Shown here: piece after piece, positions 1 through 12,840 of the stretch
Numbering within the stretch: the stretch's first letter is position 1
How the letters are laid out: every line of letters begins with the position of its first letter
Source: Ginglymostoma cirratum
Taxonomy: Eukaryota
Assembly: GCA_024137785.1 (NCBI GenBank)
Contig: JAHRHZ010000009.1
Location: forward strand, 27,867,912-27,931,911
DNA: 64,000 bases
Direction: 5' to 3'
The notes under the pieces: generated by a model
Database searches by the model: none
Told to the model about the DNA's origin: nothing
Seen by the model: only the letters and a program-made list of their open reading frames with translations
Made by a program: the position numbers and the translations under genes

Positions 1-128
1 GAAGAAGGGTCTAGGCCCGAAACATCAGCTTTCCTGCTCCTCTGATGCTGCTTGGCCTGCTGTGTTCATCCAGCTCTACACCTTGTTATCTCAGATTCTC
101 CAGCATCTGCAGTTCCTACTATCTCTCA
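1..128 (+). mobile_element. Penelope-like pseudo-LTR fragment (family A) with hammerhead motif truncated by the window edge
   Basis: gaagaagggtctaggcccgaaacatc...ctgcagttcctactatctc is near-identical to copies at 24724-24830, 39658-39755, 40771-40865, 52042-52100 and 52998-53168. It starts with (CT)GAAGA-A-GGGT/CTAG/GCCC-GAAA. Confidence 0.8.
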
Positions 129-129
129 G

Positions 130-235
130 ACCTGATCTGAGTTTCTTCTGCAGGTTAGTGTGATCTCAGCCACCTGGAGGAATACCCAACAATGCAGAAA
201 GTAAGTCAACACCCTCTCCATTCATTCAGCATAAT
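130..235 (+). pseudogene. Decayed Myb/SANT-like domain, probably from a PIF/Harbinger accessory gene
   Basis: The frame from 130 reads T*SEFLLQVSVISATWRNTQQCRK*VNTL, resembling the W.EVA..VS......R...QCRKK.NDL consensus of Harbinger Myb-like proteins. It has two in-frame stops. Confidence 0.5.
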
Positions 236-984
236 TGCCATCATGTTCTCTCAGATACTTCTATCTCTGCTACCATTCCCACCAAAGTGCATGCTCCATC
301 CATCCCTCTCACTATTATCTGCAAAATCTTCTCTCACTCACTCTCACCCATGCCATTCCCCACAACACCCAAACCCTGCATGCCTTCAGTGCTACCTACT
401 CACTCATTTGAGACACCTCCCCAAGTGCACCAAAAGTAACAAGTGTGCCACCCATTTTTATTTTCCATAATACTTGCCTCCGTCTCAATGGAGGAGGAAC
501 ACTGCCCCCAGTAGAGCAAAAAGAATCAAGAGAGGTGATGAACTGCCCAATGTTCAGCTCCTCCCCCTTAATGTGGATGCTGCCCTGTGTGGTTGGCTGA
601 CTGTGTCCAAGTTCCTCAACTTATATTGGAGGCTGCCCTTGATTTACTGTGTTGGGAACACCCCTGAATGAAGGCATTCCTCGTGACTTGATTTAGGCCT
701 ACTTACAATCATGACAAACTTCAAGCTTTTGTACATGCATGAAAAGGCAAGGCAAGAAAGATTTGATGTAAGTCTGACTGAGGATGAAAATCCAAGACAA
801 GGCAAAACAAGGCAGGGTTGTGGATGCTGTGAGCATTCAAATAGACTCAAAGTAAGTGCGCTGTGGCAGTGAGTGAAGAGTTCAGAGATACAGCCTGATC
901 TATTCCATCAATTCGGTATGAGTCCCTGAGCATTAACTTCTTTTCTGTGATTGTTCAAATACAGTTGCTTGTGTAGAGCGAGTT

Positions 985-2105
985 CTTAGAGGTCTATAGC
1001 ATGGAAACAGGCCCTTCAGCCCAACTTACCCATGCTGCCCAGTTTTCACAATTTAAACTAGTCCCATTCGGCTGTGTTTGGACCATATCCCTCCATACCT
1101 ATCCTATCCATGTACCTGCCTAAATCTTCCTTAAATTATGAAATTGTACTTGCTTCCACCATTGCCTCTGGCAGCCCATTCCAGACACTCACCACCCAGT
1201 GTGGGAAAAATCTTTTGTATCTCTCCCCTCACAACTTAAACCTAGGACCTCTAGTTTTAGACTCCCCTACCATGAGGAAAGGCTGTCAGCTATCCACTTT
1301 ATCTATGCCACTCATTATTTTATAGACCTCTATAAGGTCACCCATCAGTCTCCTACGTTCCAGGGAAAAATGGTTGGATAGGTTGGAGCTATCTTTATAA
1401 TGCAAATCTCCTGCTCCAGGCAGCATCCTAGTTAATCTTTTCTGCACTCTTTCTAGTTTAATAATATCCTTTCTATAAAAGGGTGACCAGAACTGCATGC
1501 ATTACTCCAAATACAGACTCACCAACACTGTTGACAGCTGCAACAAGACATCCCAATTCCTATACTCAATGCTGATGAAAGCAAGCATGCTGAAAGCCTC
1601 CATCACCACCCTGTCTACCTGTAACTCCATTTCCAAGGAGCTATGAACCTGTACCCCCAGATCTCTTCATTCTATAACACTCCCCAAGGCCCTACCATTG
1701 ACTGTGTAAGCCCTCCCCTGGTTTGCCTTACCAAAATGCAACACCTTGCATTTATCTAAATCAAATTCCATCTGCCATTCCTTAGCCAACGGGCCCAGTT
1801 GATAACGATCTTGCTGCATTTCCAGATAACGGTCTTCATTGTCCATTATGCCACCAATCCAAGGTATCATCCACAAATGTACTAAACATACTTCCTAAAT
1901 TCTCATTCAAATCATTAATATAAATGATGAATAACAGTGGACCTGCACTGATCCCTGTGGTACACCACTGGTCACAGGCCTCCAGTCTGAAAAACCACCC
2001 TTCACCACCACCCTCTGTCTTCTACCATCAAGCCGAATTTGTATCTAAGTGGTTAGCTCTCCATGGATCCTGTGAGATTTAACCTTAGTCAATGACCTAC
2101 CATAC
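985..2105 (-). mobile_element. CR1 LINE, 5'-truncated (RT C-terminal part and 3' UTR), decayed
   Basis: ORF pieces QFWSPFYRKDIIKLERVQKRLTRMLPG and WQMEFDLDKCKVLHFG; CR1-type 3' end near 985-1030. Confidence 0.92.
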
Positions 2106-3183
2106 AGTGCAGTATTGATGTACAGAAGTGTACAGTAAATGGATCAGAGATGTGTCATGAGAGTTCTTAGAGCTGGCCAAATGCCAACGTGGCCAGTGCC
2201 ATTGTATATGATCTCCAACAGAGCAACGTATTCTCAGTACTGCACTGGGCTGAAATGATTCAAGGAACCAAGGGTACCAAACACAGTTGAGAACTAAGCT
2301 CTGTTCCAAACTACGTATCAGGAACATATTTTAAGCATTTGCGTCACAGAGCAATCAATCCTCTTCTCAGAAATGTGACTGTATTTATTGAAACACGGAA
2401 CTACATTGTCCTGTGCAAATTGACCATGTTTGACAGTTTCATCATTAGTCCTAATTTTAAAAAGCTATGTGCTATCTGTGAGGTATTTGAATAAGAGACA
2501 TACTATAGATAGGTGCATGTTGGTGACATAAAGAACCCTGTTATGAAAGAAGTAAAATTTGGTAATGTTTGTTAATATATGAAACAATATTTTGATTCTG
2601 AGGCGGAATGACTTTGAAGTCAATGCATAATGCGTACCAAGCAGACCGAGAGAAGTACTAACTGGCTTCAATCCAGATTCACTCCTACCATCCCTGATGA
2701 CCCCATTATGAGCAGTTTAGTTGATTGAGCCAAGGTATGCAGTGTTTCACAGATCCACTAACTCCATTATGTTTCCCTGCTGATGACAGCTGCAATATGT
2801 TAATGGAATATGTTTGGATGCTGTGGTCTTGGTACCACTTAAGACGTAAGACTAATTACCATAAGTTGGTGACAACAGGCGCAAGTGTCACTTCTTGTCA
2901 ATATCATTTGTGCCAGACCCTCCAATGTTATACGAGAGCATCATTTTATGATTTCAAACTCCCATGAACAGAAAGAGCTGCAAAAAAATTAAAACGTTAA
3001 TCTGTCAAACCACTCAAAGCTAGTATTCAACATTACCAGTATAATGTAATTTAAAGTATTTGTTTTCACAAATAATAATTTCAATACATAAATATCAGAT
3101 GCATAATACACAGTGCAAAAATAGCTAGCACTCTGTATGAAACTTATTAACCCTTTGAAAATTATGGCAACGTTTTTACAAGC

Positions 3184-3390
3184 AAACAGAAATTGCTGTT
3201 GAAACTCAGGAGGTGTGGCAGCTTTTGGGGAAAGGAGGCAGAGTTAACATTTCAAGTCCAATGACTCTTCTTCAGTCACTGGACCTGAAAATATAACTGC
3301 TTCCTTCCCACAGATGCCGATAGATGTGTTAAGTTTCACCAGCATTCTGTTTTTGTTTCAGTTCGCCAGTATCTGCAGTTCTTTGGTTTA
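3184..3390. mobile_element. Short inverted (fold-back) pair of PLE pseudo-LTR fragments (family B) with hammerhead motif
   Basis: Left arm aaacagaaattgctgttgaaactcag is reverse-complementary to right arm ttaagtttcaccagcattctgttttt. The minus strand at 3243-3275 reads CTGAAGA-A-GAGTC-ATTG-GACTT-GAAA-TGTTAAC. Confidence 0.7.
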
Positions 3391-3784
3391 TTGTAGGCAA
3401 GCTTTTAGATTTATTTTCTTGTTGTGGAATATTGTTCAGGAAGACAAGTTCCATAGTTGGTGATTTCTATTTTGCTAATTATATATAGCTGATACAAAAA
3501 CATAATTCTACATGTTAGAAAATATACCTTGAGAGAATTGGACAACAAGAGATCTAACTCAAACAGGAAGAAGGATAGATATTATAGAAAACACAAAATA
3601 AGATTTGTTCTGGCAATGTATTGTCTTCTTTGAAAGTTTGAGTTGACCACACGTATAATCAAATGTATAACCAAACGTTATACTTTGCATCCAATATGAG
3701 CAAGAAATATGTGTCACTGGCACTGGATGATGAATACTGGGTGGAAAATTATTCTGTTTTGCAACACTGATAGTCTATATTTAG

Positions 3785-4545
3785 ACTCAGAGTCATAGAG
3801 ATATACAGCACAGAAATAGACCCTTCGGCCGAACTCGTCCATGCCGACCAGATATCCTATATTGACCTAGTCCCATTTGTCAGCATTTGGCTCATGTCCC
3901 TCTAAACCCTTCCTATTTATATACCCAACCAGATGCCTTTTAAATGTTGTAATTGTACCCCCCCCCACCCCCACCACTTCCTCTAGCAGCTCATTCCAAA
4001 CATGCACCATCCTCTGCATGACAAAGTTGCCCCTTATCTTTCATCTCTCATCTTAAACCTTTGCCGTCTAGTTTTGGACTCACCTACCTCACGGAAAAGA
4101 CCTTGCCTATTTAACCTATCCATGCCCCTCATGATTTTATAAACCTCTATAAAGTCCCTCCTCAACCTCCGCTCCAGGAAAAATAGCCCCAGCCTATTCA
4201 GCCTCAGCCTATAGCTCAAACGCTCCAACCCTGGCAACATCCTTGTAAACCTACTCTGATCCCTTTCTAATTTCACACATCCTTCTCATAGGAGGGAGAT
4301 CAGAGTTGCATGCAATACTCCAAGAGTATCTGAACTAATGTCCTGTACAGCTGCAACATGACCTCCCAACTCCTATACTCAGTGCACTGACCAATAAAGG
4401 CAAGTATACCAAATGCCTTCTTCACTATCATATCTACCTGCAACTCCACTTTCAAGGAACTATGAACCTGCACTCACAAAAGACTTTGCTTAGCAACATT
4501 CTCCAGGACCTTACCATTAAGTCTATAAGTCCTGCCCTGATTTGG
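3785..4545 (-). mobile_element. CR1 LINE 3' fragment
   Basis: ORF KLERDQSRFTRMLPGLERLSYRLRLNRLGLFFLERRLRRDFIEVYKIMRG; CR1 3' tail at ~3785-3850. Confidence 0.92.
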
Positions 4546-6469
4546 ACAAACACAAAACAATTTCGCATTTTTTTAAAAAATGGTCATGCCAGAATGGAGG
4601 AAGCTGATTTGAGAGTGTAAAGTTCTAATAGCCATCCTTCAGTAATAACATAATTAAAAAGGTGTTATGATCAGCTCTGCCACACACTCAATGTGACAAC
4701 CTTTTCAAATTTAGTTCCCCCAATTGTACCATTGTTTAATTTTTTTTTTAAATGTAACATGAAGATGTTAAATCAATTGCAAAAATAATTTGCCATTAGA
4801 ATTTTAAGAGTAATGTTAAATCATGCAACTATATTATTAACTAATAATTTGTATATGTATTTCTCATACACTTTATTGGTAATACAAATATTTCTGGGGT
4901 GTCAAATGAAGCGACTGTTTTCTTCAGATCAGCATCAAAATAAGGTATAAAATCATCTGAATGAAAGATAATTTATCAGAAGATAATCCAGACAATTATC
5001 TTGTATCAATATTTCTTTAGCATATTAGGTATTGCCCTGTACTTGGTGGTAGAATATTGCATTCACCTTAAGGATATATTGTTATCACAGATAATAACTG
5101 CACCATGATAATTATAATTAATTATTCAGTAGGATTTAAAACAGAATGGGGTGTTTCTAGTATTCGTACATATGGAGAGGTCTTTCAGTGCTTGACTATG
5201 TTATTCAATAACAAAAGAATAGTTCAATTGGACCAATATTTTCCACTACTTTTATTATTTTCTTATTATTTAATATTATGTCAATTTACTGGCAGATCTG
5301 TGGCATAAGCAGGTTTTCTTGTATAATCCTGTACGAAATCAAGTCAGAGTTTTGTGGTTGTAGCGGTGACAAAGGAGGACTACAGCTATGGGCTTGAGCA
5401 CCTCAATGTGGACTTTATGAAAGCAATAAATTTTTATGTGTATATTGAACTGGCAAGTTTGCTGAAACACACGCAGCTTAACTGCACTGTGTAAGATGAA
5501 ATGCATAGGTAGCATAGCAATGCATAAGCAATTATGGATTTAGAACAGAATAATATTAGTGATATATTAAATAGTAGCAGCAATAATCGTAATAGAGAGG
5601 ATTTATTTATTTAACTTTTTAATGCATTTTGCTTTAAATCAACTGGGGGTGGGGGAGGAACATAGCAAACATTGTCCATCTTAACTGACAAAAATTAGCT
5701 ATATAAACCATGTCTGAAATCAAGCTACCCATACATGAAAAAGTGTTGTTTTTACAGTTTGATCAATGTGTACTTTTTTCTAATACAGTAATAACACTCA
5801 TTCTGACATATTCATTTGAAATTCCTGATCATTTTATGGACCGAGTGAATAGCAGTCCATTGTGGATAATAGAAAATCCTCGAGCTCCATTCCATTTGGA
5901 TTCAGATGTGTACAGATTTTAGTCTGAATTTTGTCCAGTTTGGATGATCTTTGGTGACTCAGATTTTGAACTTGCCCCCACGCCCTGAATTTTTCCGAGA
6001 GCTACGTGGAAAAAATACCAGCGCTGCCTCAAAAACAGGCGAGCCCTGAAATTGGATGGTGTGGTCCCCATTTTCTCATTGCTACACAGGCACCAAAGCT
6101 TTACATGTGGTGGGCAGGAAGTACAGACACATTGCACTTCGGAAATGCACTGGGATCCCAGCCAAGACCAGTAAAGATGTGGGTATCTCATTTTCTAAAT
6201 TAAGTGAATAGTAAACTTTCCTTGAGATCTTTCAGTGGTTGTAATAAACTGTACTTTCTGCCATCCCTTTTGGCAATATTGAGAGGTGTGAAGCATTTGA
6301 AGCCTCAGTTATTGACGCTTCAAAGGTCTGTCAAATAAACACTTTTAAGGGTTGTAAGAAAAGCAGTCATTCAAAACACTTCTAATATGACTGTGGCTTA
6401 TCTTAAAGTTGCTCAGCATTCCTGTTTATAAGATAATTAGATTAGAGAGAGGTGGATAGAAAAGGAGGA

Positions 6470-7125
6470 GAAGGTTGCATTGTTGATCAAGTAATCACAT
6501 ATTGTAATGAGGGGGGATGATATCTTGGAAGGGTCATTACATGACTTTTAGTTACTCAGATTTTAAACTCAGACTTTCAGGAAGTAATAAGGATAGAAGA
6601 AGAAAACATAAGAGTGGTCAACAAGGTAAAGTAAAGGTCCCTAAACAGTCAGGGAGAGATAGAGGATCAAATATGGAATCAAATTTCAGAGAAGCGTAAG
6701 AATAATAAGGCCGTAATAGATGATTTTAACAACCCAAATACTCAATGGGATAATTTTATCATCAGAGGGCAGGAATAATCAAAATTCTTAAATTACAACT
6801 TTTTTAGCCAATACGTAGAAAACCCAACAAGGAAGGGGGCAGTTCTGGACCTAATTCAAAAATAAGCCCAAGCAGGTGGAAAGCATATCAATAGGGGAGT
6901 ATTTCGGAGAAGTGACCATACTCGCTAGGATTTAGGGTAGTTCTGAAAAAAGATATGGATGGGCCAAGTTTAAAAGTTCTAAACAAGGGAAGGGTTAATT
7001 TTACTAAGTGAAGATAGAACTTGGCCCAAGTAGAATCGGAAATGCTACTTGCAGATCAAACAGTGTCAGATCAGTAGGACACATTCAAGGAGGAGATAGC
7101 GAGAGTAGAGGGTAAATGTGTTTCA
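6470..7125 (+). mobile_element. Old CR1 LINE ORF2 (AP-endonuclease region), first segment of an interrupted copy
   Basis: Degenerate GDFN-like (gatgattttaac), PTR.GA.LDL (ccaacaaggaagggggcagttctggaccta) and SDH (agtgaccat) motifs, colinear with the younger copy at 50520-50750. Confidence 0.7.
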
Positions 7126-8902
7126 ATTTTGGCTGTCAATGAGCGGGACAGCCTCAGAATGAAAGTTCTCATTCAGGTGAAGATGGCGTGGGCATAAGGG
7201 ATGCCAATCTATGGGCAAATATCCTCTGGGTGATGAGTTGTTGTGGGAAAGGTGCATGGCAAGAAATCAGATGTGAGAGACACCAACGGGGCATGGCAGG
7301 TAAGTAATGAGGAAAATTTAAAATAGGGTGAGAAACTCATGAGGCTTCGCACAACGAACCCTTCAGAAAACTTGATGCAACTTGGACTTATTCAAAACAG
7401 CGAAAGATACAAATCAAAGAGTGGTACAAAGAGAAATCTGGGTGTAAAACCATAAGACCATAAGACTTAGGAGCAGAAATAAGGCCATTCAGCCCAATGG
7501 GTCTGCTCTGCCATTCAATCATGGCTGATAAGTTTCTCAACCCCATTCTTCCACTTTCTCCTCATAACCCTTGATCTCTTTGATAATCAAAAAACTATCT
7601 ATGTCTGTCTTAAATATACTCAATGGCCTCTGCAGCCTTCTGTGGTAATGAATTCCATGATTCACCACTCTCTGGCTGAAGAAGTTTCTCCTTAACCCAG
7701 TTCTAAAGGGTCTTTCCTTTACTCTAAGACTGTGTCCTTGGTTCCTAGTTTCTCCTGCTAATGGAAACATCTTCTCAATGTCCACTCTGTCCAGGCCATT
7801 CAGTATTCTGTAAGTTTCAATTAGCTCCCTCCTCATTCTTCTAAACTCCATCAAGTATAGGCCCGAAGTCCTCAAAACCTCCTTATATGTTAAGCCTTTC
7901 ATTCCTGGGATCTTTCGTGTGAACCTCCTCTGGACCTGCTCCAGGGTCAGTACATCTTTCCTGAGGCATGGGGCCCAAAACAGCTCACAATATTCTAAAT
8001 GTGGTCTGAACAGGGCTTTATAAAGCCTCAGAAACATATTGCTGCTTTTACATTCTCGTCCTTTCGAAATAAATGCCAACATTGTATTTGCCTTCCTAAC
8101 TACCGACTCAACCTGCAAGTTTACATTAAGGGAATCCTGGACAAGGACTCCCATGTCCCTTTGCACTTCAGATTTCTGAATTTTCTCCCCATTTAGAAAA
8201 TAATCTTTGTCCCTCTCCTTCCTACCAAATTGCATGACCCCACATTTTCCCACATTGTATTCCATTTGCCACTTCTTTGCCCACTGTCCTAACCTGTCTA
8301 AATCCTTCTACAGCCTCCCCACTTCCTCAATCCCACCTGTGCCTCCACCTATCTTTGTACCATCTGTAAACTTAGCCAGAATGTCCTCAGTTCCTTCATC
8401 TAGATCATTAATGTATAAAGTGAAAAGTTATGGTCCCAACACTAACCCATGTGAAATGCTACTAGTCACTGGCTGCCATCCTGAGAAAGACCCCTTTATC
8501 CTCACTGTCTGCTTTCTGCCAGACAGCCAATCTTCTATCCATGCTAATACCTTTCCTCTAACACCATGGGCCCTTACTTTACTCAGCAGCCTCTTGTGCA
8601 TCACCTTGTCAAAGGCTTTCTGGAAGTCCAGGTAGATAACATTCATTGGCTGTACTTGGTCTAACCTTTTTGTTAACTCCTCAAATAATTCTAACAGATT
8701 TATCAGGGATTTTCTCCTCTTGATGAAACAGTGCTGACTTTGCCTGTTTTACCATGCACTTCCAAGCATTCAGAAATCTCATCCTTCACAATGGACTCCA
8801 AAATCTTACCAACAACCAAGGTAAGGCTAATCAGTCTGTAATTTCCTGTTTTTTGCCTTATTCCCTTCTAAAACATTAGCAATTTTCCAGTCCCCGCACA
8901 CA

Positions 8903-9240
8903 GGGGAGGCAGTGGCCTATTGGTATTATCACTGGACTGTTAATCCAGAGACCCAGATAGCATTCTGGGGACACTGGTTCAAATCCTGCCATGGTAGATT
9001 GTGAAATTTGAATTCGGAATTAAGAATCTAATGATGACCATGAATCAATTGTCAGGAAAACCCCATCTGGTTTGCTAATGTCCTTTAGGGAAGGAAACTG
9101 CCATCCTTACCTGGTCTGGCCTACATGTGACTCCAGACCCACAACAATGTAGTTGACTCTTAACTGCCCTCTGGGCAATTAAGGATGGACAATAAATGCT
9201 GCCTGATCAGTGACACCCTCATCCTGCAAAGGGAAAAAAG
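8903..9240 (+). mobile_element. tRNA-derived SINE inserted into CR1 ORF2
   Basis: Pol III A box tggcctattgg (8913-8923), B box ggttcaaatcc (8976-8986), 3' tail gggcaattaaggatggacaataaatgc and an A-rich end. A second copy lies at 39067-39430. Confidence 0.88.
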
Positions 9241-10917
9241 AACACCATCCCTGATTCCAGTGATACCTGAAAGATCACCACTAACACTTCTACTATCTCC
9301 CTCAGAACTCTGGTGTATAGTTCATCTCATCCAGGTGATTTATCCACCTTCTGACATTTCAGCTTTTCTAGCACTTTGTCCTTGGTAATGGCCACCATGC
9401 TTACCTCTGCCCCCCCACCTCCTACCCCGACTCTCTTGAACTTTTGGTATATTACTCTTGTCTTCCGCCATGAACACTGACGCAAAGTATTTGTTTAGTT
9501 CCTCAGCTATTTCATTGTTACCCGTTACTACTTCCCCAGCGTCATTTTCCAGTGGCCCAATGTCCACTTTTGCCTTTCTTTTGCCCTTTATATACCTAAA
9601 GGAACTCTTGCAATCTTCTTTTATATTTCTGGCTAGCTTACCCTCATATTTAATCTTCTCCTGCCTCCTTTTTTCAGTTGTCTTCTGTTGGTCTTTGTAG
9701 GCTTTCCAATCCTCTGGTTTCCCACTGCCCTTCGCCACATTATATGCTTTCTCTTTTGCCCTTATGCTGTCCCTGGCTTCCCTAGTCAGCCATGGTTGCC
9801 TCATCCTTCCTGCTTCTTTTTCCTAGGGATGAATTTTTGCTGTGTCTCCCGAATTACTCCCAGAAACTCCTTGCCATTGCTGTTCTACTGTCTTTCCTGC
9901 TAGGCTTTTCTCCCAGTCAATTCTGGTCAGCTCCTCCCTCATGCCTTAAAGTTGCCTTTATTCAACTGTAATACCATTACATCTGATTCCACCTTCTCCC
10001 TCTCAAATTGCAGAGTAAATTCTATCATGTTATGGTCACTGCCTCCTAAGGGTTCCTTCACCTTAAGCTCCCTTATCAAGTCTGCCTCATTGCATATCAC
10101 TAAATCCAAATTGCCTGTTCCCTAGTGGGCTCTACCACAAGCTGCTCCAAAAAGCCTTCTCATAAACATTCCACAAAATCCCTTTCTTGCGATTCACTAT
10201 CAGCTGGATTTTCTGAGGCCACCTGCATATTGAAATCCCCTCTGATCACAATAACCTTGCCTTTCCTGTCTGCCTTTTCTATCTCCTGGTGTACTTTGTG
10301 CCCTAAATCTGACTACTGTTTGGAGGCGTGTACGTAACTCCCATTATAGTTCTTTTTTTAACCTTTTCACTTCCTCAACTCTAACCACACAGGTTCTATA
10401 TCATCTGACTCTACATCATTTCTTGCCATTGATTTAATTTCATTTCTAACTAATAAGGCAACCCCACCCCCTCTTCCTACCCACCTGTATTTTCGATAGA
10501 TTGTAAATCCTTGGATATTTAGTTCCCAGTCCTGGTCCCTTTGCAGCCATGTTTCTGTGATGCCAACAACATCATACCTGCCAATTTTGATCAGCGCCAC
10601 AAGCTTAATTACCTTCTTTCATATTCTGGGTGCATTCAAATACAGCACTTTCTGTCCTACATTGACCATCCCTCTTGTCATTGTCATCCCTTTATCCAGT
10701 GTGGTGGGGGTTACATTCCTAACCCTTTCCAAACACTCTGTCCTATTTTGTGTGTTGGAGACTTTAATAACTGCTCCTGAATTCTCCTTTCCTTTCATTT
10801 ATTTTTCATACTTTTCCATGCAGTTGAATACACACCCACAGAAGTTAACCTGCTGTTTTGTATGCAATTGACCATTATACTTCTTAGAGTTTTATCCTTC
10901 CCTTGCCCCCTAACTTT

Positions 10918-11874
10918 CTAGTTTAAAGTCCTGTTGACCACCTGATTTACCCTTTTCGTGAAAACATTGGTCCCAGCTCAGTTCGGGTAGAGACCATCCC
11001 AATGGTACAGATCCCTCCTGTTCCAAAACTGATGACAGTGCCCATGAAAAGGAACCCCTTTTTCCCACACCATTCCTTTACCCACCTGTTTCCTTCCCTT
11101 ATTCTCGCATCCCTGTAGCAATTTGCATGTGGTTTAGGTAATAATCTGGAAATTATAACCCTTGAGGGTCAGTTCTTTAATTTATTTCCTAGTTCCTGAT
11201 AATCCCTAAACAGGTCTTCTTTCCTAGCCTCGCTTATGTTGTTTGTCCTAACGTGGACCATAACAATCGGATCCTCCCCCTCCCTCTCTAATATCCTTTC
11301 AAGCTGGTCAGAGATGTCCCTCACCCTGGCACCAGGCAGGCAACACACCATGCAGGAATCTCGATCCTGCTTACAAAGGATGCTATCTATTCCCCTAATT
11401 ATAGAATCCCCTACAACTACCACTTGCCTTTTTGCTCCTCCCTTTTGAATGGCCTCCTGTACCATGGTGCCATGGTCAGCTGGCTCATCCTCCCTGCAGC
11501 CCTTTTATTCATCCACATAGGGAGCAAGTACCTCGTACCTGTTGGACAAGGTCAAGAGCTGAGGTTCCTCTGTTCCTGACTGCAGGATCCCTCTACCTGC
11601 CTCACTTGCGGTCACACCCTGCTGTCCCTGGCCACTGTCCAAATTTGTGGCACTTTAATCTACCAGGTGTGACTGCTTCCTGAAACAAAGCGTCCAGGTA
11701 ATTCTCCCCCTCCCAGATGTGCCGCAGTGTCTGAAGCTCAGTCTACAGCTCATCAATTCTGAGCCAAAGTTCCTCCAGAAACCAACACCTGCAGCAGATG
11801 TGGTCACTGCAGTTCGCAATGAAATCAGCCAGCTCCTGTATCATACAGCTACAGCACATCATCTGCCCAGCCAT
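10918..11874 (-). pseudogene. CR1 ORF1 (zinc-finger/leucine-zipper N-terminus plus SGNH/GDSL-like esterase), disrupted
   Basis: ATG at 11874 reads MAGQMMCCSCMIQELADFIANCSDHICCRCWFLEELWLRIDEL*TELQTL. Track ORF 11169-11465 contains VVVVGDSIIRGID...CCLPGARVRDI. Confidence 0.85.
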
Positions 11875-12254
11875 CTCTAATTAGCTAATTAATTTATTAG
11901 TTAATCATTGGTTAATTTATTATATATAAATTAGTTTTGCGATTTTTTTTTCAAATTTAAGACAGATTTCCTACCAGCCAATCAGGTCACAGCCGTCCTG
12001 TCACTGTTTTCTTCAGTTTGATTTCAGTTATTCGATGTGCTTCTCCCTCTGACTCTAATCCTCGAAACTAGGCCGTGAATCCCCAAGATAAGTTAGATTT
12101 ATACTAACCATGCTCCGGGCGCTCCTCCCTCTGACTCCACTCCCTGGAAAGAAGGACTTAAAGGTTAACAGTAAGAATTAAATAAAAAGCATATGGCAGA
12201 TCCTGAGGGCTCAATACATTAGAGTAAAGAAAGTACAAGTGTGAACTTTAACTG

Positions 12255-12840
12255 GGACATCATATTGAGGTGATATGATACAGTACGTTGGTGAGGCCTC
12301 TTCTGGAGTATTGTGTTCAGTTCTGGTCTCCCTGTTACAAGAAGGATATTATTAAGCTGCCGAGTGTTCAGAGTGATTTACCAGGGTTTTGCTGGGAATG
12401 GAGGGTTTGAGTTACAAAGAGTGGCTGGATAGGCTGGGACATTTTTCCACAGGGACATGGGAGATTGGGGGGAGACTTATAAAGGTTTTCAAAACAATGA
12501 GGGGTATAGATAAGGTGAATAGCAGGTGTATTTTCCCTAGGATGGTGGGGGGGGGAGGTTTTCAAGACTAAGGGGCATATTTTAACTTGAGAGGTGAAAA
12601 ATTTTAAAAAGACATGAGAGGCTTTTATTTTACACAGAGTGGTTCGTGTATGGAATGAACTGCTGGAGACATTGGTAGATGCAGGTACAGTTACGACATT
12701 TGGAAGACATTTTGATCAGTACATGAATAAAAAATGTTTGGAGGGATATGGGCCCAGTGCAGACAGTTGGAACTAGTGTAGTTTTGGATTATGGTTGGCA
12801 AAGGGTCTGTTTGCATGTCGTACGACTATGTCTATGACTA
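12255..12840 (+). mobile_element. CR1 LINE 3' fragment nested in an older CR1
   Basis: [15 protein letters not shown]-coding sequence at ~12288-12332, [18 protein letters not shown], and short-repeat tail gactatgtctatgacta. Confidence 0.88.

Larger units (their letters stand above)
7448..12160 (-). mobile_element. Near-full-length CR1 LINE (5' UTR, ORF1, ORF2, 3' tail), inactivated; contains a SINE insertion
   Basis: Colinear minus-strand domains: ORF1 Cys-rich N-terminus and esterase (GDSIIRG), APE (YDVVGITETWL), RT (VIYLDFQKAFDKV, GLVLGP) and C-terminal RPHLEYC..W.P. The tail is (TCTTATGG)n at 7448-7470. The catalytic FADD reads FTDG. Confidence 0.95.

Noticed and set aside
8903-8990. tRNA gene
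   Set aside because: A/B boxes are present but there is no cloverleaf, and the sequence continues into a SINE body.
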